A stretch of 64,000 nt of DNA from an uncultured Nitrososphaerota archaeon (lineage in GTDB: Archaea; Thermoproteota; EX4484-205; JAAOZO01). The stretch spans positions 96,001 through 160,000 of the forward strand of contig CAYOYV010000003.1 of NCBI GenBank assembly GCA_964408285.1. The letters run 5' to 3'. Each line of letters begins with the position of its first letter. The stretch's first letter is position 1. The notes beneath the pieces are model-generated. The model had not been told where the DNA came from. It ran no database searches and worked only from the letters and a program-made list of their open reading frames with translations. Of the stretch, positions 49,096 through 59,995 are shown one piece after another. Position numbers and translations under genes: made by a program.

Positions 49096-50241
49096 TTATC
49101 TCTTGCTCTCGTCTAGGTCGTGAGATGCATAACGCTCTGCGGCCGCCATTAATGAGTTCAGGTGACTCAACGGGGTCCCCGGGGCAATGTTGTAGCCATC
49201 TCCAAGCGCATAGCCTCCTAGCCCATCGAATAATTCAATATACTCCCTACACGAATTGATTATTCTTTCCTCAGGGCCTTCAAGTATTAATGACGGACTA
49301 GGCCCACCATAGAGTAGGACTTTTCCTCCCATTACCTTCGCGAGTATCGTAGGAGAAGTCACCCAGCCGAAACCGTCAAGACTGTGTATCCTCTCCTCTC
49401 TCACTAACAGCTCAAGAAGATGATCTATCTTCCCGCAGAGATGGATGCCCCTTTCTTTGGTGCCGAAGGCCTCATAGATTCTGTGATGATAGGGCAGGGC
49501 GAATTCCCTGTACTGGTCAGGGGAAAGATATGCGGCGAAATCATCTGCCAGACCCATCCCGCAGTCTTTGGGGATGCCTGCCATTTCCCTGAGATGATGG
49601 TTGTAATCGATTATCTTCTCGGTGACCAAGTCCATCATCTCGTGTACGAGCTGAGGATTCGTTATGATGTCCGAGAGCAGATTCCTTGCACCTCTAATCC
49701 AAGAAACATTAGTGAGAGGCCCGTCGGTCCCCATTCCGGATCCTAGATCAATCTCGATCGGACCATCTTCGAGCACCATTCTCCATTCTCCGATCAGGTC
49801 TCTCATGTGCGCCATATATTCGACGATTCTTCCTGTGAGCCCGAGTTTTGTCATATCTGCTCCCTTGAGCTTCTGAACATCAGGTGGGATCCTGATTATG
49901 GGCTCCTTTATCCATGGGAATCCTTCCCTGAATGTGAGTTCACAACCGAGCCCTGAAGCCTCTCTCACATTCTGGAAGTCTGGACTGACTGTAATACCAT
50001 ACCTATCGTCTCTTATGTTCTCCATTATCCACTTTGATGCGACTAATTGGGCTTCAAGCATTTTCCTAGGAGAGGACCAATATTCCTCAAAGCTCATTCC
50101 GAGGATTGGAAGCCAAAATCTTGTTCCTATTCCCAGCCTGACCGGCAAGCGATCTGGTCTCCCGAATCTCCCTCGAATTTCCCATCTTTCCTTTCTTTGC
50201 TGTAGCTCTCTGGAATTGATTCTGATCGAAATGTCTGCCAA
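49096..50241 (-). CDS. Uroporphyrinogen decarboxylase / MtaA-CmuA family protein
   Basis: ADDFAAYLSPDQYREFALPY, IHLCG, PGTP..H. Confidence 0.82.
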   Translation of the reverse strand: MADISIRINSRELQQRKERWEIRGRFGRPDRLPVRLGIGTRFWLPILGMSFEEYWSSPRKMLEAQLVASKWIMENIRDDRYGITVSPDFQNVREASGLGCELTFREGFPWIKEPIIRIPPDVQKLKGADMTKLGLTGRIVEYMAHMRDLIGEWRMVLEDGPIEIDLGSGMGTDGPLTNVSWIRGARNLLSDIITNPQLVHEMMDLVTEKIIDYNHHLREMAGIPKDCGMGLADDFAAYLSPDQYREFALPYHHRIYEAFGTKERGIHLCGKIDHLLELLVREERIHSLDGFGWVTSPTILAKVMGGKVLLYGGPSPSLILEGPEERIINSCREYIELFDGLGGYALGDGYNIAPGTPLSHLNSLMAAAERYASHDLDESKR

Positions 50242-50408
50242 GGATGGGTCAAGGGTACTGATTTCAGTTGGTATAAACTCTTTCCTCTACTCCAGGATCT
50301 TTCTCAGATGCATTTGATTCTGAGATACGAACCCCGCAATGAGGAGTCAGAACCGAAGCGGAGGCCTCCGGAGAATCTTATTAAATCATATCTCGATTCA
50401 TGCCATAG

Positions 50409-51488
50409 ATGACTGCATCAGGAAAGAGCCGCAGCCTTTTGCCCTATGCCGCGACAGCGCTTATATCGTGCGTCGTCCTGATCCTGTTCGGATATTACAT
50501 GACCATGCAGGAATCGCCAACTGAGGGCGTGGCGATAAATTTCACTTCTTTGCCGCTGAAGACGCTCGAGGTTAGGTTCTTCGGCTGGACAACATCCTCA
50601 GAGACAAGCATAGATTCCTTTGTGCGAAATGCAGATCATTTCACGTGGGTTTCTCCAGCCCAATTGCACATTGATATCGATGGAAATCTCATCGGAAAAA
50701 TCGATGAAAGGATCATAGAATCTGCAAGAAAGAACAACGTAAGCATCATACCTCTCGTTGCAAACGCAGATTTCAACAGGGATCTTATGCATAGAATCCT
50801 GACCGACGAGGGAATAAGGAAAGGGACAATAGACTCCATAGTCCGATTTGTGATCGAGCATGATTTCGCGGGTGTGAACATCGACTGGGAGAACATACCC
50901 CCGGAGGATAGGACGGCCCTGAATCTGTACATGAAGGAACTTGCAGAAAGACTTCATGCCTCCAGCAAGCTAGTGACAATAGACGTATCCGGAAAAACGA
51001 CAGATGAAACAACTGGATGGGGCGGCGCTTGGGACTATCGGAGCCTCGGTCAGATATGTGACTACATTTGCATTATGGTCTACGACTATCACTGGTCGGG
51101 GGGGTCCCCAGGCCCGATTGGTCCCTTGGGTTGGCTAAAGGACGTAATTCAATATGCTCTCCTATCAATCCCCAGGGAGAAAATAATCATTGGGATACCT
51201 TTCTATGGATATGATTGGATAGGTAATAAGGGCAATGGTATCACCTTCAACGGAGCGGTCGATCTGGCGACGAGGGTGCATGCGAAAATCACATTCAGCG
51301 AAAGAGACGGAGAATATACCTATACCTACGAATCAACAGATGGCAAGCATGAAGTCTGGTTCCAAGGTGCTCTGTCAACCCAGATGAGAATCCTGACTTC
51401 GATTGATCTAGGAATAGGCAGGATTGCGGCTTGGAGCGTTGGACAGGAAGACCCTAGGACATGGGAGGTAATAAACAGGAAGGTCTGA
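50409..51488 (+). CDS. Membrane-anchored GH18 glycoside hydrolase (chitinase/YaaH-like)
   Basis: N-terminal TM, FAGVNIDWE, MVYDYHW, GIPFYGYDW, W.VGQED. Confidence 0.9.
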   Translation: MTASGKSRSLLPYAATALISCVVLILFGYYMTMQESPTEGVAINFTSLPLKTLEVRFFGWTTSSETSIDSFVRNADHFTWVSPAQLHIDIDGNLIGKIDERIIESARKNNVSIIPLVANADFNRDLMHRILTDEGIRKGTIDSIVRFVIEHDFAGVNIDWENIPPEDRTALNLYMKELAERLHASSKLVTIDVSGKTTDETTGWGGAWDYRSLGQICDYICIMVYDYHWSGGSPGPIGPLGWLKDVIQYALLSIPREKIIIGIPFYGYDWIGNKGNGITFNGAVDLATRVHAKITFSERDGEYTYTYESTDGKHEVWFQGALSTQMRILTSIDLGIGRIAAWSVGQEDPRTWEVINRKV

Positions 51489-51589
51489 CGACGAAGGCAG
51501 TCTGGATTCCGTCAGATGATATCTGATATCACGGAAGAAGGAGATCCCATATGCTCTCTCTCTAAAGCTTTTATGGATTGCACAACTGA

Positions 51590-52339
51590 ATGGAGAAGAT
51601 GAGCCAAGCACAGATCGCAATAGTCGCCGGAACCGGCATAGCCGACCTTTTCAATGTGAAGCAGTTCGAGGAATTCAACACGTCCTATGGACCGTCATCA
51701 CTTGGCCGCCTTCGCATAGGCTCAAGGGATGTGATTATTCTGCTCAGGCATGGTATCGGGTACACAATCCCCCCTCACAGGATCAATTACAGGGCGAATA
51801 TATTCTCCCTTAAAGAATCAGGGGTCAAGAGCATCTTCGCAAGTAGCGCCGTCGGGTCAATGAGGCGATCGATGAAGCCAGGCGATCTAGTTCTAGTTGA
51901 CCAAGTCGTAGACTTCACAAAGGGCAGGTCACAGACATACTTTGATGGAGAATCAGGCAAGGTCGTATTCACAGATGTGACGAATCCCTATTCAGATCAC
52001 CTTAGACACGTCATACTAAAGGCCACGAAGAAGCTTCACGTGAAGATGCATCAGAAAGGCACCTACTTGTGCACAGAGGGTCCAAGATTCGAGACGGCGG
52101 GAGAAATCAGGCTGTTCCGCAAACTCGGCTGTGACGTAGTAGGCATGACTGGATGTCCCGAGGTCTTCCTCGCGAGAGAGCTCGGTATGGACTATGCCTC
52201 GATTGCAATTGTGACTAACTGGGCTGCTGGCATAGCGCAGAAGGTCACCCATGAAGAAGTGCTGGAGATGATGCGAGAGAAAGGACCCATTGCCAAACTG
52301 ATAATCGAAGAGGCGATCAGTTCGATCGGAGAGAAATAG
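51590..52339 (+). CDS. 5'-methylthioinosine/5'-methylthioadenosine phosphorylase
   Basis: RHG...PPH.INYRANI, EGPRFET.GE, VGMT..PE, VTNWAAG. Confidence 0.9.
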   Translation: MEKMSQAQIAIVAGTGIADLFNVKQFEEFNTSYGPSSLGRLRIGSRDVIILLRHGIGYTIPPHRINYRANIFSLKESGVKSIFASSAVGSMRRSMKPGDLVLVDQVVDFTKGRSQTYFDGESGKVVFTDVTNPYSDHLRHVILKATKKLHVKMHQKGTYLCTEGPRFETAGEIRLFRKLGCDVVGMTGCPEVFLARELGMDYASIAIVTNWAAGIAQKVTHEEVLEMMREKGPIAKLIIEEAISSIGEK

Positions 52340-52341
52340 AG

Positions 52342-53688
52342 ATGGGGGCGATTCTTCGTAACGGGATAGTCGTCTCCGACAAGGGCCCTATCTTCGAAGG
52401 AGCGTTGGCATTTGAGGGAGACAGAATATTGGGCGTCGGAAGTGCGAGCGACATCTCGAACCGGTTCCGTGGATTTGAGGACATAGACGTAGGCAATTGC
52501 ATAGTGATGCCTGGCTTTGTCAATGCTCATACCCACACCGCTATGTGTCTCCTCAGGGGCTCAGCTGAAGACATGTCTCTCCATGACTGGTTGGAGAAGA
52601 GGATATGGCCATTGGAGTCTCACTTGACTCCAAGGGATATAGAGATCGGCGCTCTCTTGGGTGCATACGAGGCCCTCCTTTCAGGGACAACGACCCTGAA
52701 TTCCCAATACTTCTACTCCCCGCAAGGAAGTGAGGTTCATGCCTTTGCCAAGTCTGGTATCCGGGCAATTGTTGGTCATGGCTTCTTCGAACAAACTCGA
52801 GAGGAAGGCCTCAGGCTGACTTCCGAGATGGCAAAGAAGTGGCATGGTTCTGAGAATGGCAGAATAAGGATAAGTGTTGATCCACATTCTGCCTACTCAA
52901 CTGGGCCGGGAGCTTACAAGGACGCGCATGAGCTGATGCTCGAGCTGAACGATCAATTGGGGGACAAGGGACAAGTTTTGCTGCACACACATGTCGCCGA
53001 ATCGCCCGCGGAGGCCAACATGGTCAGGAGCAACTTCAATGTGCACTTTGATGGGGGAGTTGTGAACTATCTGCACAACCTGGGGGTCCTGTCAGAAAAC
53101 ATGCTCGCCGTCCATGCCGTTCATGTCAGCGATGAAGAGATCGCCCTGTTAGGAAAGGCAAATGTGGCAGTTGCTCTGAATCCGGTTTCGAATCTCAAGG
53201 TGGGAATGGGTGTTGCGCCCTATGTCCGACTCAAAGCTGGCGGAATTCAAGTGGGTTTGGGCACTGATGGAGCGGCATCCAACAACACTCTCGATATGTT
53301 CGAGAGCCTCAAGCTCTTGCCTTTGCTGCAGAAGGGATTGTCTGGAAATGCAGCGAGCGTTCCTGCCATCGAAGCTTTTGAGACTGCCACATTTGGTGGA
53401 GCCAAAGCATTGAAATGGAATGATGAGATCGGCCTGATCAGAGAAGGCTACAAGGCCGATATCGTTGTTCTTGATACATCGAACATGCACTCGCAGCCTC
53501 TGTACAATGTGTATAGTCACTTGGTCTATTCCGCGAGGTCTTCTGACGTTCGACATGTTTTCGTGAACGGAAGACAACTTGTCAAAGATGGAAGAATCGT
53601 AGGACTGGACTACACAGGCTTTTTGAAGGATGTCAAGAGAACGAAGGAAGCTCTCCTGAATCGAGCGGGCGCGCCGCAAGCCATCTAG
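52342..53688 (+). CDS. mtaD: 5'-methylthioadenosine/SAH deaminase (amidohydrolase)
   Basis: PGFVNAHTH, HTHVAES, NP.SNLK, GTDGAASNN; adjacent to the phosphorylase. Confidence 0.85.
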   Translation: MGAILRNGIVVSDKGPIFEGALAFEGDRILGVGSASDISNRFRGFEDIDVGNCIVMPGFVNAHTHTAMCLLRGSAEDMSLHDWLEKRIWPLESHLTPRDIEIGALLGAYEALLSGTTTLNSQYFYSPQGSEVHAFAKSGIRAIVGHGFFEQTREEGLRLTSEMAKKWHGSENGRIRISVDPHSAYSTGPGAYKDAHELMLELNDQLGDKGQVLLHTHVAESPAEANMVRSNFNVHFDGGVVNYLHNLGVLSENMLAVHAVHVSDEEIALLGKANVAVALNPVSNLKVGMGVAPYVRLKAGGIQVGLGTDGAASNNTLDMFESLKLLPLLQKGLSGNAASVPAIEAFETATFGGAKALKWNDEIGLIREGYKADIVVLDTSNMHSQPLYNVYSHLVYSARSSDVRHVFVNGRQLVKDGRIVGLDYTGFLKDVKRTKEALLNRAGAPQAI

Positions 53689-53795
53689 GCTGCCAGCAGA
53701 GTCTGCCTTGCTCCCTCATGCTACCAAAGGCCTAACAGAATCCTCTGCCCCAAGGTCAAAGGAGGAGCTTGGCTAGGTGCCTCCGGGACGTGTTT

Positions 53796-55976
53796 CTAGT
53801 ACTCAATGAGAATGGCCTCATAGAGACTGAGTTCAGGGAGAATGATTGTCATACTACCTTCTTTCCATATTGATTGAAGAGGCGTCTCCGACACAAGTGC
53901 TTTCACTGACGATGGCTTTCTCTCTGCTTCTGTTGTGAACGAGATGTTCTCCACAGGGAATACGTGACTGAAAGGTCGTCTCAAAGCATAGGCGAAATTC
54001 ACGACATGAATCAACGACCAGTTCTCGCCTTTGAAGCTGGTTATCTCGACTGTCTCAGGAGCATCAACCTGAATGTCCCTGACTTGGCCGCCTGCCCATC
54101 CTATGGAATTCTCTATGATCTTTAGATAGTCGAGGAAACCGTTATTCCAGTACTGCCCTGCAAAGGTGCCCGGGAAGTACACGACCCTTCCTTTGCCATA
54201 TTGAGAACTCGTGATAGTCGGGAATCTTGTCTCTTGGGTGAGGTCACCATATCTGGCCCTGGCTGGCTCCAACTGAAGTGCAATCTTATTCGCCTCAGGG
54301 ACTTGCGTTTGGAGGAGGAACTCCGGACTGGGGATTAACCTCTGGTCGGTATAGTGCGACTTCGAGGTGGGAATCCCTTCTACAACCGGATGATCCTTCT
54401 TTATGACCATGTAATCCCACTTGAGAGCCCCCATCACTTCTTCGCCTGCTGATGCGTTCAATACATCCTTTAGTCCCAAGTCTGCCCTCTTGTCCCCAAG
54501 TTCGTTGAACATCGAAGTCTTGTATGAGGCAATGAGGCCCCCTCCCGATTCAACGAAGACCTTGACATCTTCTATCTGTCCGTCGCTCATACATGCAACA
54601 TTGGGGAGAATTAGCACGCGATATCTAGCCAGTTCTTCGGAATTCAGGTTCAGGTCACTGATTAGGTCAAACGGAACATGGAGTCTCAAGAGAGCCTCGT
54701 AGAAACCTCTGGCTTCCTCAACTATCCTTTTTTCGCTCTCGAATTTCCAAGCCGCGATCCTTTGAGCTTCTAGGAAGTCGCCGGCCTGCACCCCTGGAGT
54801 CTGCCCTTGGGCCATTTCGACCCTAGCCTGGGCTTCCTCGGAGATCGCTTTCGGCGGAATCTCAAAGAAGAAATCACCAGTTCTTCTCGACCAAACGACG
54901 GCTATCCTTGCCCTGGACTTTGAGTTCTGGAAATATCTCTCATACTTCCTTGCCGTATCGAATATCCTCCTTCCCTCTGGTAAGGCGTCTCTCGCAAACC
55001 CGGAGTCTTCAAACATTTCTGCCCCATTCGCGAGTCCCTGAACCTTACCGACTAGGTACTCCGTATCTGGTATGTTTTGCCTGTACCAAGGCTGGTGCGA
55101 TGTTGACAAGAAGAGGCAGAAGGGTTTTCCTCTTTTGATCGAATTCGCCAGTTTGGTTGTCCATCCCTGGAACCACATCGGGACTCCTGAGGGAGCCGTG
55201 TAATACTGATAACTCTCCATGCCAATGATGCTCTGGCCTCCATAGGCGTCCTCTGCGCTCAAAGCAAAGCTCCACGAGGGCCAGACCTGGCCGCTATTGT
55301 TGCTGTAAAGGAGCGATTTGTATCCTCCTTCCCTCAATACGTCCTGTCCTTGCTCCAGGAATCTCGCTATGGAATGATATCTGAACATGACAAATCTCCT
55401 CCACTTGGGATTTCTCCAATCCTCCCGCGCTGGTAAATCGAACCCATATTCCTCCCTGAACCTCCCCGCACATGATGCACAATAGCAAGCCCCTGGGTAA
55501 TAGGCTGGACCATCTAGAAAAATGACATCGACCTCCCTATCCGCAATCTCCCGAATCAATGTGTAGATCTTGTCTCTATAGGACGTGTTTACACACATGC
55601 TGTACCCGTGCCCATACAACGTGTCAATAGGGCTTCCATCGGCTTTGATTTGGGCCCAATCTTTGTGCTCTAAGTAGAAATCATCTCCGTAGAAGTGAGC
55701 GTTTAGATAGGTCCTTGTCTTGAGGCCAAGACGATGCGCTGCCTCTACCTGTTCTCTGAGAAGATCCCTGTCACCTGCCTTCTCCCATTTCGGCAAGACC
55801 GAGCTGTCAAACAGCGTGTATTCGCGGTTTATGGTGCCGGTGTAGGAAACAGTTTCAAGCAGATTGCAGTTCCTGTCGAAAGCATCTCTCGCAACTTTCT
55901 GTATGTCCTCCGTTCGATATTCGCCATAGTTGCCCCAAGTCAGCCAGATGAATCGATTCTTCCACCATTCGCCCAT
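53796..55976 (-). CDS. GHL6/GH42-like glycoside hydrolase with beta-galactosidase trimerisation (GATase-like) domain
   Basis: AAHRLGLK, HKDWAQ, VIFLDGP, CYCASC, LILPNVACMSD, FV.SGG.LIA; likely start ATG 55976. Confidence 0.75.
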   Translation of the reverse strand: MGEWWKNRFIWLTWGNYGEYRTEDIQKVARDAFDRNCNLLETVSYTGTINREYTLFDSSVLPKWEKAGDRDLLREQVEAAHRLGLKTRTYLNAHFYGDDFYLEHKDWAQIKADGSPIDTLYGHGYSMCVNTSYRDKIYTLIREIADREVDVIFLDGPAYYPGACYCASCAGRFREEYGFDLPAREDWRNPKWRRFVMFRYHSIARFLEQGQDVLREGGYKSLLYSNNSGQVWPSWSFALSAEDAYGGQSIIGMESYQYYTAPSGVPMWFQGWTTKLANSIKRGKPFCLFLSTSHQPWYRQNIPDTEYLVGKVQGLANGAEMFEDSGFARDALPEGRRIFDTARKYERYFQNSKSRARIAVVWSRRTGDFFFEIPPKAISEEAQARVEMAQGQTPGVQAGDFLEAQRIAAWKFESEKRIVEEARGFYEALLRLHVPFDLISDLNLNSEELARYRVLILPNVACMSDGQIEDVKVFVESGGGLIASYKTSMFNELGDKRADLGLKDVLNASAGEEVMGALKWDYMVIKKDHPVVEGIPTSKSHYTDQRLIPSPEFLLQTQVPEANKIALQLEPARARYGDLTQETRFPTITSSQYGKGRVVYFPGTFAGQYWNNGFLDYLKIIENSIGWAGGQVRDIQVDAPETVEITSFKGENWSLIHVVNFAYALRRPFSHVFPVENISFTTEAERKPSSVKALVSETPLQSIWKEGSMTIILPELSLYEAILIEY

Positions 55977-56163
55977 CTTGGGTCTCGGTCTCCTTGGAAG
56001 CCCCCAGCATTTAACGCTTGAACCACATCCATCTGAATTACTTTCTGCAGATTGGACAAGAAATGGATGTTCCGAGAGATCCATGTACGGATTTGTTGAT
56101 TTTCCAGCGTCTCCGGAAAAAAGGTTTTGTATTGACTGTTCCCAAGGAAGGTGAGGACGTGAG

Positions 56164-57105
56164 ATGCCTAGGCTCGTGGTCACAGGGGCGATTAACTGGG
56201 ACATCAATCTGTTCGTTCAGGACTTCCCTCGGATAGGGGAGGAGGTTCCGGTGGTGAAGATAACTCGAGTTCCAGGAGGAAAGGGCGCCAACGCCGCTGT
56301 CGCGGCTGCGAGAATTCTTGGTAAGAATCAAGTCGCCCTCATAGGGGCTATCGGAAAAGACGAAATCGGAAGAACGCAATTAAGAATACTTAGGAACGAG
56401 CACATCTTGACCCCTGGCATCAAGGTTAGCAGGCAATCCGAATCCGGGCAAGCGTACATAGCTGTTGACAACAAGGGTAGGAACGTAATACACACGCTCT
56501 TCGGCGCTAACACAGACATCACCGCAGAGGATTTCAGGAACAAGAAAATCAGTGGTCTTGTTGAGGGTTCCCATGCTGTGGTGGTGATTGATCCGCCGAT
56601 GGATGCAATAGAGGAGATCATTTCCCAAGCTTGGGAGGCTGGCAAAACGGTAATCTGGGACGCGGGAGTGAGAAGCAAGCTGGGTCTTGAGGCATTGAGA
56701 GACTTACTCAAGCGTGTGGACTACCTGGTGCTGAACGAAGTCGAATATGAAAACGTCTTTGGCACCTTCTTCTCCGAAGACGCTCAAGGGATCCCCCAAC
56801 TGCAGGAAATGAAGCCGAAAATCCTGGTCAAATTGGGAGAAAGGGGCGCGATGCTATTCGACAGAGGGAGGATGATCAAAGCCGAAGGCATCAACTTGGG
56901 GAGATTTGGGCTCAAGGTCGTGAATACAGTTGGCTGCGGAGATGCTTTTCTCGGCGCTTTCGCGTCGTACTTGTCGCTCGGTAAGAATGAAGAGGAGTGT
57001 CTAGCAATGGCGAATCTGGCCGGGGCATTCAAGGCAACGAGACCTGAGACAAGGGGCAGTCCCACAGAGAAGCAACTGATGGATCTGATGAAGAGAATTC
57101 AATAG
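56164..57105 (+). CDS. PfkB/ribokinase-family carbohydrate kinase
   Basis: GGKGANAAVAAAR, N..E, KLGERG, NTVGCGDAF. Confidence 0.92.
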   Translation: MPRLVVTGAINWDINLFVQDFPRIGEEVPVVKITRVPGGKGANAAVAAARILGKNQVALIGAIGKDEIGRTQLRILRNEHILTPGIKVSRQSESGQAYIAVDNKGRNVIHTLFGANTDITAEDFRNKKISGLVEGSHAVVVIDPPMDAIEEIISQAWEAGKTVIWDAGVRSKLGLEALRDLLKRVDYLVLNEVEYENVFGTFFSEDAQGIPQLQEMKPKILVKLGERGAMLFDRGRMIKAEGINLGRFGLKVVNTVGCGDAFLGAFASYLSLGKNEEECLAMANLAGAFKATRPETRGSPTEKQLMDLMKRIQ

Positions 57106-57128
57106 TCAGGTACTACGCGGGCGAATGT

Positions 57129-58340
57129 TTACGCCCCTGGCAAGTCTGATTCGCGAGTCCTCAGAATTGCTTCCCATAATGTTTCGAAACTCTCTCTTTC
57201 GCCCAGAGCTTGTTCTATTGCGCCCTTGATGTCGGAAGCATACGCAGGGCAGAAATCGACGAAAATTCCTTCTCCATCGTGAGCACTTGAGCACCTGCCA
57301 ACAATCACATTTTTCTTGCCTTCTCTTGGAATCGCCTTTGGCCCGATAACTATTGCCAGCCCGCGCGCTCGGGCGAGCTTGTCGATTCCGATTTCCTTCA
57401 TGGCCGTACCCAATGACATCAAGCAACTTCCACATGGTTCTCCCTTGATCAGCTCGATATTCTCCAACTGTGATGCGATTTCATTGGGATCTGGCCATTC
57501 AGCAACCTTTTCCCTATTCTTCTCGCCCAGTTTCTTCGCGTCTTCGAGGGTGAGGCCGCTCAGCTCAACCTTGCTCAAATCAATCTCCCCAAGCCCCAAC
57601 TCGTAGGCGCATCTGATGTGATCTATCTTCATAGGTTCCCAACCCATGCAAGTAGCAGCGAGAGAATCGATGGCGACTGAATCATCGCTGGCAAAGATGT
57701 AGCCCAAGGGATAGAGACTCCCATCGTGGACGATGCTGATGCCATCCATGACCGTCAGCCTTGGTCTCAATACCTGATTTATCTCTGCTAGACCCCAATT
57801 CAGGCTCGAGCGGTGGACTCTATGCCTCGTGCTTGGAGCAACCAACCCATACATATTCTTGAGACTTAGGGTCACACCGAGCAAGGCATGCCTCCTCATG
57901 GCAGGCACGCTCACTATGAGGTCAGAATCCAGTGCTATCCTCGCGAATGCATACCAGCCACAGGATCTTGAACCTGGCACCTCGATGGGAACGTGCTCCT
58001 CCTCCCTGAGATTGAGTACGGGGACTCCCGAAGCCCTTCTCAGTTGCTCAATCTCAGGACTCGAAAACATCTTTCTGGAAGGTACATCGACTACCGGGTT
58101 CTCTCCTATCTTGACATCGCATCCGAAATCCTTGAAAAGCCTAGCGACAGCCCATGGAATCCTTCTGTCGACCATGGCCGATGTCGAGTATGAGCAGAAG
58201 TTTGGTTTAACGAGAACTTTTCTTCCTGGGTTCGAGAATCTGCCCGGCCCCCCCATCGTATCCACAGCGCTTCTGACAGCCTGCATAACCTCGTCGTCGA
58301 ATGACTTGTTTGGGATCTTTACTGCAGTTATCTTGGACAA
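57129..58340 (-). CDS. DUF362 family protein (putative Fe-S)
   Basis: KVLVKPN, VTLSLKN.YG, D.VA.D, GLGE.D, C-terminal CxxC/C/CP; likely TTG start 58340. Confidence 0.85.
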   Translation of the reverse strand: MSKITAVKIPNKSFDDEVMQAVRSAVDTMGGPGRFSNPGRKVLVKPNFCSYSTSAMVDRRIPWAVARLFKDFGCDVKIGENPVVDVPSRKMFSSPEIEQLRRASGVPVLNLREEEHVPIEVPGSRSCGWYAFARIALDSDLIVSVPAMRRHALLGVTLSLKNMYGLVAPSTRHRVHRSSLNWGLAEINQVLRPRLTVMDGISIVHDGSLYPLGYIFASDDSVAIDSLAATCMGWEPMKIDHIRCAYELGLGEIDLSKVELSGLTLEDAKKLGEKNREKVAEWPDPNEIASQLENIELIKGEPCGSCLMSLGTAMKEIGIDKLARARGLAIVIGPKAIPREGKKNVIVGRCSSAHDGEGIFVDFCPAYASDIKGAIEQALGERESFETLWEAILRTRESDLPGA

Positions 58341-58480
58341 TTCGCACTGTTCCGATTTGATATTGTGAGATATAATCGCTTCTGCCCGGTTGGCTCGGTG
58401 GGCAGATCCAGCAACCATCGAGAACACATGTCGGGCCAATCAGTCAGGTCGTCAGAATGATCATTCAAGCTGAGTCACTC

Positions 58481-59536
58481 CTAGAGGTCAGATAGATCTC
58501 GTCTCAGAGCTTCTCGGATCTCAGGTGGAGTGCCATCGTATATGAAGAATACCACGCCCTGTGCTCCACTATCCAGGCAGGCTTTCGTGGAGGACAACAC
58601 GTAGTCAATCGTCCTTTCCCTACTCCATCTCCTTCCCCCTTCCCTAGATCTGACGACTTCAGGGGCAGAGAGGACAACAGGGGTAAGGCTACATGTCCCC
58701 GCTACAACCGACTTTGCTCTCTTGACCAGAGTCCTGATATGGTCAGGAGACACCTCATACGTCGTCGGGCACAATGTATCAAGGAATTTTGAGAAGTATG
58801 GCCAGTCTTGATATGCGGCCTCTATGGCGGTTACGTAGTCCGTGAACACGTAGGCTGAGATTTTCTTCCCCATTTCACGAGCCAATCTAGAGAATTCCTC
58901 AACTGAATTGGAGACATTCTCGCACATGATAGATACGTAATATCGGTTCTTGATCACGTCGTTAGCCGGCAATTCATAGCCGTACTCCTGCTTGAAATGA
59001 TCCCTGCATCTAGGGCAGTAGCAGTAGTATCTACCTTCGACTGCTTCAGGATACCGTATATAGTCCAGATGGATTCCGTCCACCTCGTAGTTCTCTCCGA
59101 CTTCCTTCATGAGAGATGTTAGATAGCTACGATAGCCCGGGTCGCTCGCGCAAACCCAATACCTACTGTAACGAGCATCCACCTTGCTCCAGGTTGGCTC
59201 CTCGATGTTGGTCTTTCCGAACCTGTTTACAAGCAAGGCTTCCGGGTGATTCTTCAGATAGTCACTTGGATTTTGGGAGCTCTCGATGTAACAGCAGAAC
59301 CATGCATGGATTTGTATGCCCTCGTTCTGCGCCTTCCTCGTTATGTCCCCAAACGCATCGAAATCAACTCTCGTTCTTGACTTCGCTATGCTGCTTCTGT
59401 ATGTCACCATTCCATCGCCGTCTTTTGCCAGGAGGTATATCCTGGTAACACCCAGATCGCCCCATTTCGAGACAAGGTTCTGTGCGGAGCTTGGATCAGT
59501 GACACCGTTACAAGTAGCATAGAATGCCTTTTCCAT
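58481..59536 (-). CDS. GHL10/DUF187 glycoside-hydrolase-like protein
   Basis: GIQIHAW, VDGIHLDYIRYP, CYCPRC, QDW. Confidence 0.85.
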   Translation of the reverse strand: MEKAFYATCNGVTDPSSAQNLVSKWGDLGVTRIYLLAKDGDGMVTYRSSIAKSRTRVDFDAFGDITRKAQNEGIQIHAWFCCYIESSQNPSDYLKNHPEALLVNRFGKTNIEEPTWSKVDARYSRYWVCASDPGYRSYLTSLMKEVGENYEVDGIHLDYIRYPEAVEGRYYCYCPRCRDHFKQEYGYELPANDVIKNRYYVSIMCENVSNSVEEFSRLAREMGKKISAYVFTDYVTAIEAAYQDWPYFSKFLDTLCPTTYEVSPDHIRTLVKRAKSVVAGTCSLTPVVLSAPEVVRSREGGRRWSRERTIDYVLSSTKACLDSGAQGVVFFIYDGTPPEIREALRRDLSDL

Positions 59537-59686
59537 TCACAAACGCTAAGAGTAGTGAGGGATTGATATTTTAACATGGTGGCAAGACCTCGACTCCCGT
59601 AGGTCAGGTCGTTGACCGCGGTGACTGGATTGCGACTTAGAATAGTCAGCTTTAGATACTATGGCTCGAAGGCGACCAGCTCCAAG

Positions 59687-59932
59687 ATGATCGACGACCT
59701 GAGGCTGTCAATACCTCGATTCCTTGATCTTTCACAGGAGCCGGTTGATTTCTCGAAACTATCTAGAGCCACTAATACAAGCCAGGCCGAACTCGCCGCA
59801 GAGCTTGCAATACTAGTCAGCGACAGAAATGAGGTAAGGATAGTGCAGAATAGGGATGAGCAATACTTCGAGATAACCGAGAAGGGCAAGAAAGAACTCC
59901 AGAACGCAGAACATTATCGCTCATCTTCCTAA
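59687..59932 (+). CDS. Small winged-helix-like protein
   Basis: Helix-turn-helix then YFEITEKGKKEL wing motif. Confidence 0.5.
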   Translation: MIDDLRLSIPRFLDLSQEPVDFSKLSRATNTSQAELAAELAILVSDRNEVRIVQNRDEQYFEITEKGKKELQNAEHYRSSS

Positions 59933-59995
59933 TCTATTTCAGAGCCCTTTCTCATGGCCTTCCTTGGCTTTGAGAATCGGGACTATCTCTGATTC

